Part shown: positions 1 to 11,683 of the stretch, one piece after another
How positions within the stretch are numbered: position 1 is the stretch's first letter
Layout of the letters: each line of letters begins with the position of its first letter
Origin: Bdellovibrionota bacterium
Lineage (GTDB): Bacteria > Bdellovibrionota > UBA1018 > CAIPTA01 > JAALKR01
NCBI GenBank assembly: GCA_965207455.1
Contig: CBDBMJ010000001.1
Coordinates: forward strand, 800,001 to 864,000
DNA length: 64,000 nt
Reading direction: 5' to 3'
Program-made: the position numbers and the translations under genes
Notes under the pieces: model-generated
Seen by the model: the letters and a program-made list of their open reading frames with translations, nothing else
Told to the model about the DNA's origin: nothing
Databases searched by the model: none

Positions 1-255
1 CAATACTTGAAAACTACTTCTGTTCATGCATCTGTTACATCGCTTCGAAAGCCAATGTTTGAAAAGTACCCTGTTCCTCTCCCTCCTCTTAAGGAGCAGG
101 AGCGTATCATATGTATATTAGATAAATTTGAGGAATTAACTAATTCTGTTACTGAAGCTTTGAATAATGAAATTGAACTGCGACGAAAGCAATATAAGTA
201 TCATCGCGACTTGTTGTTAAGCTTTCCAATGACAGAAGTTAAGGTAAGAGAATAA
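1..255 (+). CDS. hsdS: Type I R-M specificity subunit, 3' end (5' truncated by window)
   Basis: Frame open from base 1. Conserved HsdS C-terminus ([34 protein letters not shown]). Directly upstream of prrC-hsdR. Confidence 0.9.
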   Translation, partial: QYLKTTSVHASVTSLRKPMFEKYPVPLPPLKEQERIICILDKFEELTNSVTEALNNEIELRRKQYKYHRDLLLSFPMTEVKVRE

Positions 256-256
256 T

Positions 257-1381
257 ATGAGTAAATTATTAAGAGAAATAGCAGAAGAACTCAAAAATTC
301 AAATAATAAGGTTCAATTAATTTATGCATTTAATGGCTCTCGAAAAACTCGCTTGTCTAGAGAATTTAAAGAGTTACTTACACCCTTAAAAACTGGTGAA
401 GAAGATGATACAAGTGGAGAAGCCGAATTGGCTCGCACCAAAATTCTTTACTATAATGCTTTTACAGAAGACTTGTTTTATTGGAATAACGATTTGGAGA
501 ATGATTCTGAACCAAAGCTAATGATTCAGCCAAATTCTTTTACTAAATGGGTACTAGAAGAGCAAGGTCAAGATCGAAATATTATTAGTAATTTCCAACG
601 ATATGCGAGTGATAAATTAACTCCCCATTTTCATGAAGATTTGTCTTCTGTTACCTTTTCAATAGAACGTGGAGATGAAACTAGCTTAAATAATATAAAA
701 ATATCTAAAGGAGAAGAAAGTAATTTTATTTTGAGTGTTTTTTATACATTGCTCTATCAGGTTATTAGTGTCTTAAGTGTTGTTGAACATGATGATCGGG
801 AAACTAATGAGTTTGATAATCTAGAATATGTATTTATTGATGATCCGGTGAGTTCTTTGGATGAAAATCATTTGATTGAGTTAGCAGTAAATTTAGCTGA
901 GCTGATTAAATTAAGTAAATCAGGTTTGAAGTTTATTATTTCTACCCATAACCCACTTTTTTATAATGTTTTATATAACGAACTGAACTCTAAATCTTGC
1001 TATATGTTAAGTAAAAATGAAGATGGTCGCTTTGATCTTAATCAAAAGGATGGCGACTCAAATAAGAGCTTTTCATATCATTTGTATTTAAAACAAATCA
1101 TTGAGCAGGCTATAGAAGATAATGAGATACAACGCTATCATTTTACGTTATTGAGAAATCTGTACGAAAAAACAGCAAGCTTTCTAGGTTATCAAAAATG
1201 GTCTGAATTGTTACCAAAAGACAGTCGAGAGGCTTACTTAGTTAGAGTTATTAATTTTTCTAGCCATTACACTTTATCCAATGATCAAGTAAAGCAGCCA
1301 ACTGAACCAGAAAAGAAAACAGTCCAGTTTCTATTAAGCAATCTAGTGGATAATTATGGCTTTTGGCAGCAAGGAGAATAA
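257..1381 (+). CDS. prrC: PrrC-family anticodon nuclease (ABC ATPase + HEPN RNase), Walker A altered
   Basis: YAFNGSRKT Walker A-like, SKGEE signature, [11 protein letters not shown]alker B, STH, PrrC box [15 protein letters not shown] and NFSSH nuclease motifs. Sits between hsdS and hsdR as in the EcoprrI locus. Confidence 0.88.
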   Translation: MSKLLREIAEELKNSNNKVQLIYAFNGSRKTRLSREFKELLTPLKTGEEDDTSGEAELARTKILYYNAFTEDLFYWNNDLENDSEPKLMIQPNSFTKWVLEEQGQDRNIISNFQRYASDKLTPHFHEDLSSVTFSIERGDETSLNNIKISKGEESNFILSVFYTLLYQVISVLSVVEHDDRETNEFDNLEYVFIDDPVSSLDENHLIELAVNLAELIKLSKSGLKFIISTHNPLFYNVLYNELNSKSCYMLSKNEDGRFDLNQKDGDSNKSFSYHLYLKQIIEQAIEDNEIQRYHFTLLRNLYEKTASFLGYQKWSELLPKDSREAYLVRVINFSSHYTLSNDQVKQPTEPEKKTVQFLLSNLVDNYGFWQQGE

Positions 1382-1382
1382 G

Positions 1383-4300
1383 ATGGTTGATTATACGAAA
1401 CCAATTGCAGAATCAAATAACTTTATCGTTCTAGATAAATATACCAAAACTTGGGAAGAGAATGAGAGATATCAAAGTGAGGCTGAATTAGAGCGTGAGT
1501 TAATTGAGGACTTAAAAAGTCAGGGTTATAAATATGATTCTGATTTAAATAGTCCTGACAAAATGTTGGCCAATGTGCGCATACAGCTTCAAAGCTTAAA
1601 CAATGTTAAATTTTCTGATAGTGAGTGGAAACGATTTGTTGAAGAGTATTTAGATAAGCCTAGTGATAACATTGTAGATAAAACAAGAAAAATTCATGAT
1701 GATTATATCTATGACTTTGTTTTTGATGATGGCCATATTGAAAATATCTACTTGTTGAATAAAAATAATATTTGTAAAAACAAACTTCAAGTTATAAAGC
1801 AGTTTGAGCAAACTGGCACACATGCTAATCGTTATGATGTTACAATTTTAGTTAATGGGTTGCCATTAGTTCAAATTGAGCTAAAAAAACGAGGTGTTGC
1901 AATCCGTGAAGCTTTTAATCAAGTGCACCGTTACAGTAAAGAAAGCTTTAACTCTGAAAATTCACTATTTAAATATTTACAGCTTTTTGTCATTTCAAAT
2001 GGTACTGATTCTCGTTATTTTGCCAATACGACAAAGCGTGATAAAAATAGCTTTGATTTTACTATGAATTGGGCAAAGTCTGATAATACACTAATTAAAG
2101 ATTTAAAAGATTTTACTGCTACCTTTTTTCAAAAGAAAACCTTATTAAACGTTCTGATTCATTATTCAGTTTTTGATATAAGTAATAACTTGTTAGTTAT
2201 GCGACCCTACCAAATAGCAGCTACAGAGCGAATTTTGTGGAAAATTAAGAGTGCATATCAAGCTAAAAATTGGAGCAATATTGAAAGTGGTGGTTATATT
2301 TGGCACACTACTGGATCAGGGAAAACTCTCACAAGTTTTAAAGCGGCACGATTGGCGAAAGAACTTGATTTTGTAGATAAAGTGTTTTTTGTCGTTGATC
2401 GTAAAGATCTAGATTATCAAACGATGAAGGAATACCAGCGTTTTTCTCCTGACAGTGTCAATGGATCAGATAGTACCGCAGGCCTAAAGCGTAATATTAA
2501 AAAACAAGATAATAAAATTATTGTAACGACTATTCAAAAACTGAATAACTTACTAAAAAATGAAAATGATTTACCCATTTATAAAAAACAAGTGATTTTT
2601 ATTTTTGATGAAGCTCATCGTAGCCAGTTTGGAGAGGCACAGAAAAATTTAAAGAAAAAATTTAAACAATATTATCAATTTGGTTTTACTGGAACTCCAA
2701 TTTTTCCTGAAAATGCTTTAGGTGCCGAAACGACGGGTAGTGTTTTTGGTCGTGAGCTTCACTCTTACGTTATCACTGATGCAATTCGTGATGAAAAAGT
2801 ATTAAAGTTTAAAGTTGATTATAATGATGTTAGAGCTAAATTTAAATCTATTGAATCAGAGCAAGACGATAAGAAGTTAACAGCAGCAGAAAATAAAGAA
2901 GCATTTCTACATCCTGAACGTATTAGTGAGATTTCACAATATATCTTGAATAACTTCAGGCATAAGACTCATCGCCGACAAACAGGAAGTAAGGGATTTA
3001 ATGCAATATTTGCTGTTAGTAGTGTAGATGCGGCAAAGGCTTATTACGAGTCAATTCAGAAGTTACAGAATGAAGAGGGTCTAAAAAATCCTAATGCTAA
3101 GTTGCTTAATGTTGCTACTATTTTTTCTTATGCTGCTAATGAAGAACAAGATGCCGTGGGAGAAATCCCTGATGAAGGCTTTGAAGTATCAGCTATGAAC
3201 AGTAGTGCTAAAGAGTTTTTAAGTTCTGCTGTTGATGATTACAATGCCGTTTTTAAAACTAATTTTGGTATAGATAGTAAGGGGTTTCAAAATTATTATC
3301 GTGACCTTGCCAATCGAGTAAAAAAACAAGAAGTGGATTTGTTAATTGTCGTTGGTATGTTTTTAACAGGTTTTGATGCACCTACACTGAACACCTTGTT
3401 TGTAGATAAGAACTTACGTTATCACGGATTAATGCAAGCCTTTTCACGAACCAACCGCATTTATGATTCGACTAAAACCTTTGGTAATATTGTTACATTC
3501 CGTGATTTAGAGAAGTCTACAATTGATGCGATTACGTTATTTGGCGATAAAAATACAAAAAATGTTGTACTAGAAAAAAGTTATAAAGAATATATGGAAG
3601 GGTTTACGGATCAAGAGACTGGTGAGGCTCGTCGTGGTTACTTGGATGTTGTTAATGAGCTACAAAGTCGTTTTCCTAGGCCGGATGATATTATTAAAGA
3701 AAAAGATAAAAAAGATTTCGTTAAACTGTTTGGTGAGTATTTGCGTGTCGAGCATGTATTGCAAAACTATGATGAGTTCGCGGGGCTTAAAGCTTTACAA
3801 GATATTGATTTGGATGATCCCGAAGAAGTCGAAGGATTTAAAGCAAAGTACTACTTAAATGATGATGATATTAAGGCTATACAAGAAATTGAAATTCCTT
3901 CAGAACGAGCAATTCAAGATTATCGTTCCTTTTATAATGATACTCGCGATTGGCTACGGAGAGAAAAAGCTGCAAAGAAAAATGAGGAGTCTGGAATTGA
4001 TTGGGGTGATGTCGTTTTTGAGGTGGACTTACTTAAATCTCAAGAGATAAACCTTGATTATATCCTTGAATTAATTTTTGATCATAACAAAATGAATAAA
4101 AATAAAGCAGAGTTAATTGAAGAAGTTCGTCGTTTGATTAGGGCTAACCTTGGAAATCGTGCAAAAGAAAGTCTTGTTGTTGATTTTATCAATCAAAGCA
4201 ACTTGGATGATATTGTGGATAAGGCCAGCATTATTGATGAGTTTTTTAAGTTTGCTCAAGCGGAACAAAAGCGCGAAGCAGATGAACTAATTAAGTCTGA

Positions 4301-4502
4301 AGGCTTAAATGAAAAAGCTGCCAAACGTTACATTCAAATATCTTTACGGAGAGAATATGCAAGTGAGAATGGTACTGCATTGAATGAAGCGTTACCAAAG
4401 ATGAGTCCTCTTAATCCTAAATATAAAACTATAAAGGATACTGTCTTTCAGAAAATTGCTGCTTTTGTTGAAAAATTTAAAGGGGTTGGTGGCAAATTAT
4501 AG
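1383..4502 (+). CDS. hsdR: Type I restriction endonuclease subunit R (type IC-like)
   Basis: [16 protein letters not shown] nuclease motif, [33 protein letters not shown] at 1383 follows AAGGAG. Confidence 0.95.
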   Translation: MVDYTKPIAESNNFIVLDKYTKTWEENERYQSEAELERELIEDLKSQGYKYDSDLNSPDKMLANVRIQLQSLNNVKFSDSEWKRFVEEYLDKPSDNIVDKTRKIHDDYIYDFVFDDGHIENIYLLNKNNICKNKLQVIKQFEQTGTHANRYDVTILVNGLPLVQIELKKRGVAIREAFNQVHRYSKESFNSENSLFKYLQLFVISNGTDSRYFANTTKRDKNSFDFTMNWAKSDNTLIKDLKDFTATFFQKKTLLNVLIHYSVFDISNNLLVMRPYQIAATERILWKIKSAYQAKNWSNIESGGYIWHTTGSGKTLTSFKAARLAKELDFVDKVFFVVDRKDLDYQTMKEYQRFSPDSVNGSDSTAGLKRNIKKQDNKIIVTTIQKLNNLLKNENDLPIYKKQVIFIFDEAHRSQFGEAQKNLKKKFKQYYQFGFTGTPIFPENALGAETTGSVFGRELHSYVITDAIRDEKVLKFKVDYNDVRAKFKSIESEQDDKKLTAAENKEAFLHPERISEISQYILNNFRHKTHRRQTGSKGFNAIFAVSSVDAAKAYYESIQKLQNEEGLKNPNAKLLNVATIFSYAANEEQDAVGEIPDEGFEVSAMNSSAKEFLSSAVDDYNAVFKTNFGIDSKGFQNYYRDLANRVKKQEVDLLIVVGMFLTGFDAPTLNTLFVDKNLRYHGLMQAFSRTNRIYDSTKTFGNIVTFRDLEKSTIDAITLFGDKNTKNVVLEKSYKEYMEGFTDQETGEARRGYLDVVNELQSRFPRPDDIIKEKDKKDFVKLFGEYLRVEHVLQNYDEFAGLKALQDIDLDDPEEVEGFKAKYYLNDDDIKAIQEIEIPSERAIQDYRSFYNDTRDWLRREKAAKKNEESGIDWGDVVFEVDLLKSQEINLDYILELIFDHNKMNKNKAELIEEVRRLIRANLGNRAKESLVVDFINQSNLDDIVDKASIIDEFFKFAQAEQKREADELIKSEGLNEKAAKRYIQISLRREYASENGTALNEALPKMSPLNPKYKTIKDTVFQKIAAFVEKFKGVGGKL

Positions 4503-4687
4503 ATTTGGAACCAACCCTCAATCGCTGTCGACTGAGGAACGACTACTCTGCGTAGTCCACTACATTTTTAAAGAGCCGTTCACTACTTTGGTCATTACAA
4601 ATTAGCTACGACTACCGTGATTTCATGTGATTTAGAGTGATAAAGGAGACGACCGAGAAGAAACTCTCTTGATAACTGTTTAATTTT

Positions 4688-5229
4688 GGGTCTCCTAACT
4701 TGATGGTGTGCGCACCGCTTCCTGACCATTTTACTTAGATGAGACATAGGTACCAACTTTCAGTAAGATTAAATTGTAAAAGCTTAATTTTATTAAAAGA
4801 AAGGACACCTATGTCTCCAGAAAATCATCTCGTAAATCGCTTCATTTTGCCAGACTTGAAGTTCAAAAAATTCATAAAACAATCTAACAAGACGTTTCTC
4901 TTCTTCTGCGTTAAGAAGAGCCAATGGGAAGTATGCCGGAAGTGCCCCACAAAATCCTTCTCCGTTCATGACAAGAGAATGGTAACCATCAGAGATGCTC
5001 GGCTTCAAAACAAGCATGTGAAGCTCATTATTGAGAAACGGCGGTTCCGCTGTCCAAGGTGCAAATCTGTATTCACTGAATCTATTGATGGTATTAAGGT
5101 TGGATTTAGAACCACAGAGAAGTATCGTAATGAACTCCTTTATGACTTCAGGCAATCGTCTTGCGCAACAACTGTTGCTAAAAAGCTAAGATGCTCCACC
5201 TCTTTTGTGACTTACACTGTGAATGAAAG
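4688..5229 (+). mobile_element. ISL3-family element, 5' remnant truncated at IS66
   Basis: ORF from ATG 4811 has the ISL3 zinc finger (CRKC..RRFRCPRC..VFTE) and the start of an HTH, and stops within the IS66 end. A candidate left end GGGTCTCCTAACTTG starts at 4688. Confidence 0.7.
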
Positions 5230-5329
5230 GTAAGCGGTCGGTGAACGGCAGGCTTTGAGATAAGGCAATTCTGTGCTATAGTATTTGCCCCATTCTATAG
5301 GTCAGTCAGTTTCATTTGGCAGAGATTTT

Positions 5330-6973
5330 TCAGCAGTCCACATTGGCTGCTGCATAGTCGGCTGGACTTATTCTTGTTGGCAGGAGCTTTTCAAAGTCTT
5401 CTACCGTATTCCCTTTGGGTATTTCTTGTAAGATGTATCGAAAATAAGCAAACGGCTCATGTCCATTAGCCGTAGCCGTTGCCATAATACTGTAAATTAT
5501 TGCTGATGCGTTGGCTCCCTTAACAGATTGTGAAAATAACCAATTTTTTCTACCAATAGCAAACGGGCGTATCTTATTCTCAACGAATTGGTTGCTGATA
5601 TTTAAATTCCCATCCCTTATATACACTTTTAGATATTTCCATTCATTTAAAGCATAACTAATAGCTTTGCCGAGTGGGCTTTCAGGAGCAACGGTTATTC
5701 GAGTTTTCTCTAACCATTCATGGAAGCTGTCTAGTATCATCTTAGATTTTTCTTGCCTTATTTTATATTTTTCCTCTGCACCTAGCTTAGACTCCCTCAT
5801 ATATTTTTCTAATTTATACAGCTTTTCAATATAGCTTAGAGCTTTTCCTGTTTTACCCTGCTTTTTAGTGATTTTATGTGCTTCAAAGAACTTCCTTCTT
5901 GCATGATCCCAGCACCCCAAGCGAATTATTTCCGGATTCTCTCGGCATAATGCATTGTAACCACGATAGGCATCTGTCTGCAGGTATCCTTTAAAACCAG
6001 GCAATAGTTTCTTTGGAACATCTCCACTTCTCGTAGGGTCATATTCATAGAGGATAATTGGTTTAACACCATCTCTTCCTCTTACCCACATGTAGGATTT
6101 TGACTCTGCTTTTTTTCCTGGCTCTGATAAAACCTGCAATGGAGTCTCATCCATTTGCACATACTTGCTAGATAATAACTCATCTTGCAATAGATTAAAT
6201 AAAGGCATCATTAAATCGGCACTTTTTATCATCCAATCACTCATCATACCTCTAGATATATCTACTCCAGCGTTCACAAACATGCCTTCCATACGATACA
6301 GGGGAATATGATTGCAATATTTATTTACTATTATTTGCGCAAGAAGCCCTGGACCTGCAATCGACTTAGGAATTGGCATAGGATTAGACGCTATCTTTGA
6401 TTTTCCACATTTTTTGCACTTATATTGTTTTCTTATAATTTTGATCGCCTTTATAATTTGTGGCAAAGCATCCATATATTCTGATACTTTATCTCCATTT
6501 TCTTTCATAATAACACGGCAATCTGAGCAGACTCTTTCCTTCTCTGAAAGTGCGATCTTCTTAGGCTCTCGAGGAATATTTGCTGGTATGGGCTTGCGCT
6601 TGGGTTTAGATTTGGAACTTTTCCATCCAACTGGCGCTTCTTTTCTTTTTTCTACTGCTTGTTCATCAGAATCGCAACTTTCCTCTGGCTTTTCCTCATT
6701 AAAAAGAGGATCTTGTTCGTGGCATTCTCCATGCTTCTGCTTTTTCCTTTTCTCTGTAGATTGACCAAATAATTCTTCACTTAACAATCTAATTCTTTCG
6801 CCTTGGCGTAATATTCTTGTTTCGGCAGATATTAGTTTCTGATTTAATTTATTTTTTTCTTCTCTTAATTTAGTTATTGATGTATTTGCAGAAATGAGTT
6901 TTTTATTTAATTGCAAGGCAAGCTTTTTGATACTGGCGATATCTTTAGGCATGTTATTCTTATCAATAAGCAT
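5330..6973 (-). CDS. tnpC: IS66 transposase TnpC
   Basis: Leucine-zipper N-terminus, CxxC zinc finger, QMDETP, LQTDAY, CWDHARRKF, NQFVENKIRPFAIGRKNWLF. Confidence 0.95.
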   Translation of the reverse strand: MLIDKNNMPKDIASIKKLALQLNKKLISANTSITKLREEKNKLNQKLISAETRILRQGERIRLLSEELFGQSTEKRKKQKHGECHEQDPLFNEEKPEESCDSDEQAVEKRKEAPVGWKSSKSKPKRKPIPANIPREPKKIALSEKERVCSDCRVIMKENGDKVSEYMDALPQIIKAIKIIRKQYKCKKCGKSKIASNPMPIPKSIAGPGLLAQIIVNKYCNHIPLYRMEGMFVNAGVDISRGMMSDWMIKSADLMMPLFNLLQDELLSSKYVQMDETPLQVLSEPGKKAESKSYMWVRGRDGVKPIILYEYDPTRSGDVPKKLLPGFKGYLQTDAYRGYNALCRENPEIIRLGCWDHARRKFFEAHKITKKQGKTGKALSYIEKLYKLEKYMRESKLGAEEKYKIRQEKSKMILDSFHEWLEKTRITVAPESPLGKAISYALNEWKYLKVYIRDGNLNISNQFVENKIRPFAIGRKNWLFSQSVKGANASAIIYSIMATATANGHEPFAYFRYILQEIPKGNTVEDFEKLLPTRISPADYAAANVDC

Positions 6974-7012
6974 AAAAATATAATAACAAGCAATTTCCTA
7001 TCTCTCAATACT

Positions 7013-7366
7013 TTATTGAGAATAACTTAATTTTTTATGTGGCTTATACTCCCAAAAATTATAACCATCTAACAACAAACGAAGCTTTTCTTCATCTATT
7101 TCAAATACAGCCTGATCTTTATCCTTTGGTAAAAAAAACCTTTCTTTCTCCAAGCGCTTATACCAAAGAGCAAATCCTGAACGATCCCAATATAAAATTT
7201 TTATGCGACTCTTGTTTCGATTCACAAATACGAACAGAAATGAACCAAATGGATCCATCTCCATCTCATCTGCCACTATCTGACTCAAACCATTAATGCT
7301 TTTACGAAAATCTACAATCTCTCGGTATAAATAGATATTTGAAAATTGACTCAAATCAATCATCAT
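7013..7366 (-). CDS. tnpB: IS66 accessory protein TnpB
   Basis: DFRKSINGL..DPF..FVFVNR..IKILYWDRSGFALWYKRLE. Confidence 0.95.
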   Translation of the reverse strand: MMIDLSQFSNIYLYREIVDFRKSINGLSQIVADEMEMDPFGSFLFVFVNRNKSRIKILYWDRSGFALWYKRLEKERFFLPKDKDQAVFEIDEEKLRLLLDGYNFWEYKPHKKLSYSQ

Positions 7367-7674
7367 TTACCTCTGAACCAATCAATTGGAGGTAACTTTT
7401 TGAGCTTTATGCGTACTCCACAGGGCAAAAATATTTCTATGAAGTCATTTTCATTGTTTATGGACCTAAGCTCCATAAATCTATTTTTCTTTATTTTCTG
7501 AGCAAAATTTTTTCTCTTCCAGTAAGATAGCGCTGGCGCACTTAATTTGTTCTGTCTGCAATACTCAGCTGCTATCAATCCGCTTGTTTTCTGCTCTTCG
7601 ATTTTCTTTCGCCAATAGCTCTCTTTCAGACCTTTATTTGGCTTTTCTGTTTCCTTTTCTTTCATGAGCGGCAT
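7363..7674 (-). CDS. tnpA: IS66 accessory protein TnpA (HTH)
   Basis: W...IEEQ.TSGL..AEYCR......LSYWKRK and IEIFLP.GVRI. First ORF inside the left IR. Confidence 0.88.
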   Translation of the reverse strand: MPLMKEKETEKPNKGLKESYWRKKIEEQKTSGLIAAEYCRQNKLSAPALSYWKRKNFAQKIKKNRFMELRSINNENDFIEIFLPCGVRIKLKKLPPIDWFRGK

Positions 7675-7809
7675 TATAACAGAATTTCTCTAGATCAGAG
7701 ACTGCCGATCACCGACCGCTTACGCAACTAATGTACCCCCTAAGAGAGAATTTCTTTTTGAAAGCCTTTCTATGAGCTTCCAGATTATTTCAATTCAAGA
7801 GTTTCAAAA

Positions 7810-8010
7810 ATGAAGAAAGCATCACATAAAATACCCAGAATAGTTACTGAAGAAATCAAGCTAATAGAAAGCCTTACTGCCATAGCGAAGAAGAATTTTA
7901 AAAAATATGGACCTCCTAAAGACTCATCTCTCCAAGAAGATCTCCAGGAGATTAGTAAAATATTTATTTTAATCATCTACAAGCAAGAGTCCTATAAAGG
8001 GAAGAGCTGA
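7810..8010 (+). CDS. Hypothetical protein
   Basis: 66-aa ORF whose ATG overlaps (ATGA) the stop of an ORF tail (7724-7813) cut by IS66. Confidence 0.35.
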   Translation: MKKASHKIPRIVTEEIKLIESLTAIAKKNFKKYGPPKDSSLQEDLQEISKIFILIIYKQESYKGKS

Positions 8011-8059
8011 TACGGCTCTCCCTCCGTTTAAAGAAAGTTGCTCATTTTTTCGAGAAAGA

Positions 8060-8299
8060 TCATTTTTCCAAATCCCTAGTATAGCTTTCAAGAAGATCAA
8101 TGACATCTCTCTTTTTTTTCACAGAGTCGCTAGCATTTAACTCTAAGTATTTTTCTTCTGATGTTTTTAATCTTTTTAAAATTCCCTGCACAGTCGGGTT
8201 TTCAGATTTTCGAGGCTGCATCATGGGACCGGACGTGTCAACTCGTCGCTTTAATTCCCAAGGTAAATCGTGATATTTTAATTTTTTTTGTCGAGCCAT
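8060..8299 (-). CDS. Hypothetical small basic protein
   Basis: 79-aa ATG ORF of plausible composition. No motif recognised. Confidence 0.45.
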   Translation of the reverse strand: MARQKKLKYHDLPWELKRRVDTSGPMMQPRKSENPTVQGILKRLKTSEEKYLELNASDSVKKKRDVIDLLESYTRDLEK

Positions 8300-8501
8300 A
8301 TCCGCACTTATCCTAATTATACTTAACTCAAAAAGACAAGCAGTTTATTTAATGCTTACAAAAATAACTATCGGTATGATGTATAGGCAATGAGATATTC
8401 ATAATCGCTTGCATCAAATCCTTGCTGTCATTACGCAGTTGACTCAAGGAACCTTGCGATACCCTAACATGCCAACTGTAAAACTTTGTGTTGAGATTAG
8501 G

Positions 8502-8867
8502 CTATTTTAACTCCCATCGAGTTTTCAAGAATTTAATGAGGGACACAAAGTTACTGCGTTCCTTAGAAGACAGTTTATGACCAAAACGAATCCAGTCTCG
8601 CTCAGAGTCATCAATCTGTGATGTTTTGGTTTGAGGCAAGGTAGCAAGCAGCTTGGGGTCGACACCCCTAGCAATAAGGAGACGAATTAGAGTATCCGCA
8701 TTGACAGTCTTCCGCCAAGCCATTGTTCGTAAGGTTTCGGGACTAAGACCAGCTTTTTTGGCTAATTTAGCTCGTTCCTTTGGAGTCATGCCTTCGGGAA
8801 CAGCAAAGTCCATTAAAGCATTAATAATTGATTTCACAGTCTTATCTATTTCAGCCATACGGGTCAA
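8502..8867 (-). CDS. Putative Xre-like HTH DNA-binding protein
   Basis: RAKLAKKAGLSPETLRTM resembles an HTH. GTG start after GAAGG-like bases. Confidence 0.55.
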   Translation of the reverse strand: MTRMAEIDKTVKSIINALMDFAVPEGMTPKERAKLAKKAGLSPETLRTMAWRKTVNADTLIRLLIARGVDPKLLATLPQTKTSQIDDSERDWIRFGHKLSSKERSNFVSLIKFLKTRWELK

Positions 8868-8954
8868 CCCTTCACATTAAGACTATAAGCTCATAAAGGC
8901 TATAATTCAGTCAAGTCAATCATGGCCAGAAGGAAATATGGCAGTTTAAAAAAA

Positions 8955-11645
8955 TCATTCTATAGGACTTTTAGTTAATAGAGAGTTTCCATATTTCATT
9001 TCTCTTAATTTAAATGCTTCACCCCCTCCTTCAAGAATCGCACAAACATGCTCCCTTATGCTAGTCAAGTCCAAAATATCTCCATTTATTTTATCGACAG
9101 GCCGGGTGTTCTCTAAACTGCCGGTGATATATTTAAACCTCTTTTTATTTTTATTTGGAGATTCAATTCCGTCTTGATTTGCAACTATAACATTTTCACT
9201 ATCAGAGCCAACAACAATATTTGAATTGTGAGTAGCAAGAATTATTTGTCTTCTGGTTTTTTTGTATTTTAGATATTGAACAAGATCTGAAAATATTGTC
9301 CTATTATCTAAATCATCCTCTGGTTGATCTATTAGTATAGGGCAGGATTTTTCACTGAACTCTAGAAGAAGCATGAGAATTACAAAAGCTTTTTTACCAT
9401 CAGACATTTTTTTAAAATTATCATCTTCATATTCTAGATCGTAAGAAATTTTATAAAAGCACTCTGTTAAAAGTGACGTCGCTAGCCTTTGATGAGTGAA
9501 GCTAGATTTGAGTTTTAGAGATTCATTAAGGAGTGCATTGAACACTTTAGTGATATGGTTTTCATAGCCATCATTGCTTGTAAATTTAAAATTTGATAAG
9601 TCTTGATTACTGGTACTTTTTTGATTTATTCCATCTTTTAATATTTCAGTGTATTTCTTCTCACCAAACTCAGCCTTCGATCGTATGTGAAGAGTCTTAT
9701 GACTCTTAGATAGTTTAGGGAGAAGGTCTATCATTTTTGAGTAGTAAGATTTATGAAAGCTTATAATTTCTAGTCTTAATTCATTTTTTTGTGATTTAAA
9801 ATATTCCATCTTCTTCTCTATTTTTTCAATACTCTCAAGATTTTCTTTCTGGCTTGCAATATTTTTTTCAACCTCTACTATTTGTTCAGACTCTGCAAAT
9901 ATTTTTGAAATCCTAATAAAAATCTCATTTTTTTTATTACGATTGATATTTTCTATCATTATTTTTATTTCCTTTTTGACCTCTTCAATTAACTTATCTA
10001 GAGACTTCTTCCATTCCTTATTCGTACTTTCCATTAAGCTAGATAAAATACTTAAAATCTTTCCTTTATTTTTTTCTGTAATTTCAGTTTCTTGATGAAT
10101 AGTCGCTGGATTGAATAGACAAAGGATCTTTAATTGAGTGACTTTTTCAATATCTGCTTCTGCACTATTTTTAAGCAATGTTTGCTTTTCAATTTCAATT
10201 TTGCAATTTTCATAGGTTGAAATTTCATCTTCGGTAATTTCTTTTGTATTTAACTTATTTTTCTCAGATTGGAGTTTTTTGATTTCCTTTTCAACACTTT
10301 TTTTATCTCCTAATGCAGATTCTTCCATTGAATTTTCTTTTATATTGTCAATAATTTGAAAAATTTCATTTACTGATGAAGAGATATTTTGTTTAATCTC
10401 AAATTTCTCTTTATTAAATGAACTCAATAATTCATTTGCACCACTTCGTTTTAAAATATCTTGAATAAGACTATTAAATTTTTCATGATTTTGCGTGAGC
10501 TCATGCATATATCCTTGTTCAAAAAATTCTATTTCCCTCTTATCATCTGTCTCATTATCCTTCCATTGTATTTCAATTGAATTAGATATTTTAGTGATGA
10601 ATTCTTCATAATCAGCTTTAGACTCTCCAAACAATTCTTCATTTTTAGTGATTTTTTTTGCAATTGATGATAGTAATATAGATTTTCCTGTTGATCGACC
10701 TCCAATAATTGAATTTAGATTTTGATTTAAGTCAATCCTTTGGTTATATATCTCATCATTATCAATGTTTATATGATCAATTATTTTATATAATTCTCTT
10801 TCTTCTTCAGGCTTTCTTTCTTGAATTTTAACTCGAGATTCTGGTTCAAAAACAATCTGTTTTAACCCATCAAAGGTCAAATCTGCTTTTATCCAACAAT
10901 ATTTATTTGTTGGATTTGAGTCTTTGTCCCTAAGTTTTCCGATTGGATATGAGGCATCATGCGAGTCACTTCCCTTTATACACGGTTTTTTACCGATTGG
11001 ACTTTTTTCTTTAAGAAAGAAATTTATCTGTTTTTTATTAGATGAGCCGAGTATATGGGCTTTTTTTATATATTCAATTTTGGCTGAAGAATCAAAATTT
11101 GGATCTATCCCATCTATTCCACCATATTCATTGTAGGGTATAAGTAATAAGAAATTTCCATTAAATTTTTTATTTCTATTGAGTTTTTTTAAAGTATCAT
11201 CAAGAGAAACTTTCTTATTAACCAACTTTTCTTTTTTACTGTAATCTGAAATGATCATTCCTCCATCAGCTTCAAGCGATTTAATAAAAATTTCAATTTC
11301 TTCAATGCTTAATATTTTTTCATCATTGTTAAATATTAAATGGAAATTGAAGTGCTTTGGACTCCTTCCTTTATGTCTATTCTGCAGCATATCAGTCATT
11401 CGCATTTCAACAACAGGAAATAGAACTTTATCTTTAATATTCAATTTGCCTGAACTGATTTTATCTAAAAGATACTTATAACCACCTATGGAATAATAAT
11501 CATTTATACCAATTGCATCACAGTCAGCATCAATAATTTGTTTCTCAAATGCATCAATTCCTCCAATATAGTTTGCAGAATATGGCGAATGCACATGAAA
11601 ATCCCATTTTTTCCATAAAGAGCCTTTTGGGAAATTATTTTTCAT
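8955..11645 (-). CDS. PHP-domain + ABC/SMC-like ATPase (TrlF/Ppl-like anti-phage protein)
   Basis: GSLWKKWDFHVHSP, GINDY, VEMR, HLIF and GSDSH (PHP). GGRSTGKS Walker A, long coiled coil, MSDGKK, ILIDQPEDDLDN, ATHN. Confidence 0.85.
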   Translation of the reverse strand: MKNNFPKGSLWKKWDFHVHSPYSANYIGGIDAFEKQIIDADCDAIGINDYYSIGGYKYLLDKISSGKLNIKDKVLFPVVEMRMTDMLQNRHKGRSPKHFNFHLIFNNDEKILSIEEIEIFIKSLEADGGMIISDYSKKEKLVNKKVSLDDTLKKLNRNKKFNGNFLLLIPYNEYGGIDGIDPNFDSSAKIEYIKKAHILGSSNKKQINFFLKEKSPIGKKPCIKGSDSHDASYPIGKLRDKDSNPTNKYCWIKADLTFDGLKQIVFEPESRVKIQERKPEEERELYKIIDHINIDNDEIYNQRIDLNQNLNSIIGGRSTGKSILLSSIAKKITKNEELFGESKADYEEFITKISNSIEIQWKDNETDDKREIEFFEQGYMHELTQNHEKFNSLIQDILKRSGANELLSSFNKEKFEIKQNISSSVNEIFQIIDNIKENSMEESALGDKKSVEKEIKKLQSEKNKLNTKEITEDEISTYENCKIEIEKQTLLKNSAEADIEKVTQLKILCLFNPATIHQETEITEKNKGKILSILSSLMESTNKEWKKSLDKLIEEVKKEIKIMIENINRNKKNEIFIRISKIFAESEQIVEVEKNIASQKENLESIEKIEKKMEYFKSQKNELRLEIISFHKSYYSKMIDLLPKLSKSHKTLHIRSKAEFGEKKYTEILKDGINQKSTSNQDLSNFKFTSNDGYENHITKVFNALLNESLKLKSSFTHQRLATSLLTECFYKISYDLEYEDDNFKKMSDGKKAFVILMLLLEFSEKSCPILIDQPEDDLDNRTIFSDLVQYLKYKKTRRQIILATHNSNIVVGSDSENVIVANQDGIESPNKNKKRFKYITGSLENTRPVDKINGDILDLTSIREHVCAILEGGGEAFKLREMKYGNSLLTKSPIE

Positions 11646-11683
11646 AAGAACTTACCTCCTCATTTATATCGTTCTTTCAATGA

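Larger units (their letters stand above)
5230..7723 (-). mobile_element. IS66-family insertion sequence (tnpA-tnpB-tnpC)
   Basis: 22-bp terminal inverted repeats GTAAGCGGTCGGTGA(A/T)CGGCAG at 5230-5251 and 7702-7723 with 1 mismatch. Three canonical IS66 ORFs. No target duplication. Confidence 0.95.

Noticed and set aside
4557..4577. Possible orphan ISL3 right end (CCACTACATTTTTAAAGAGCC)
   Set aside because: Resembles ISL3 termini, but has no matching partner or convincing transposase remnant.
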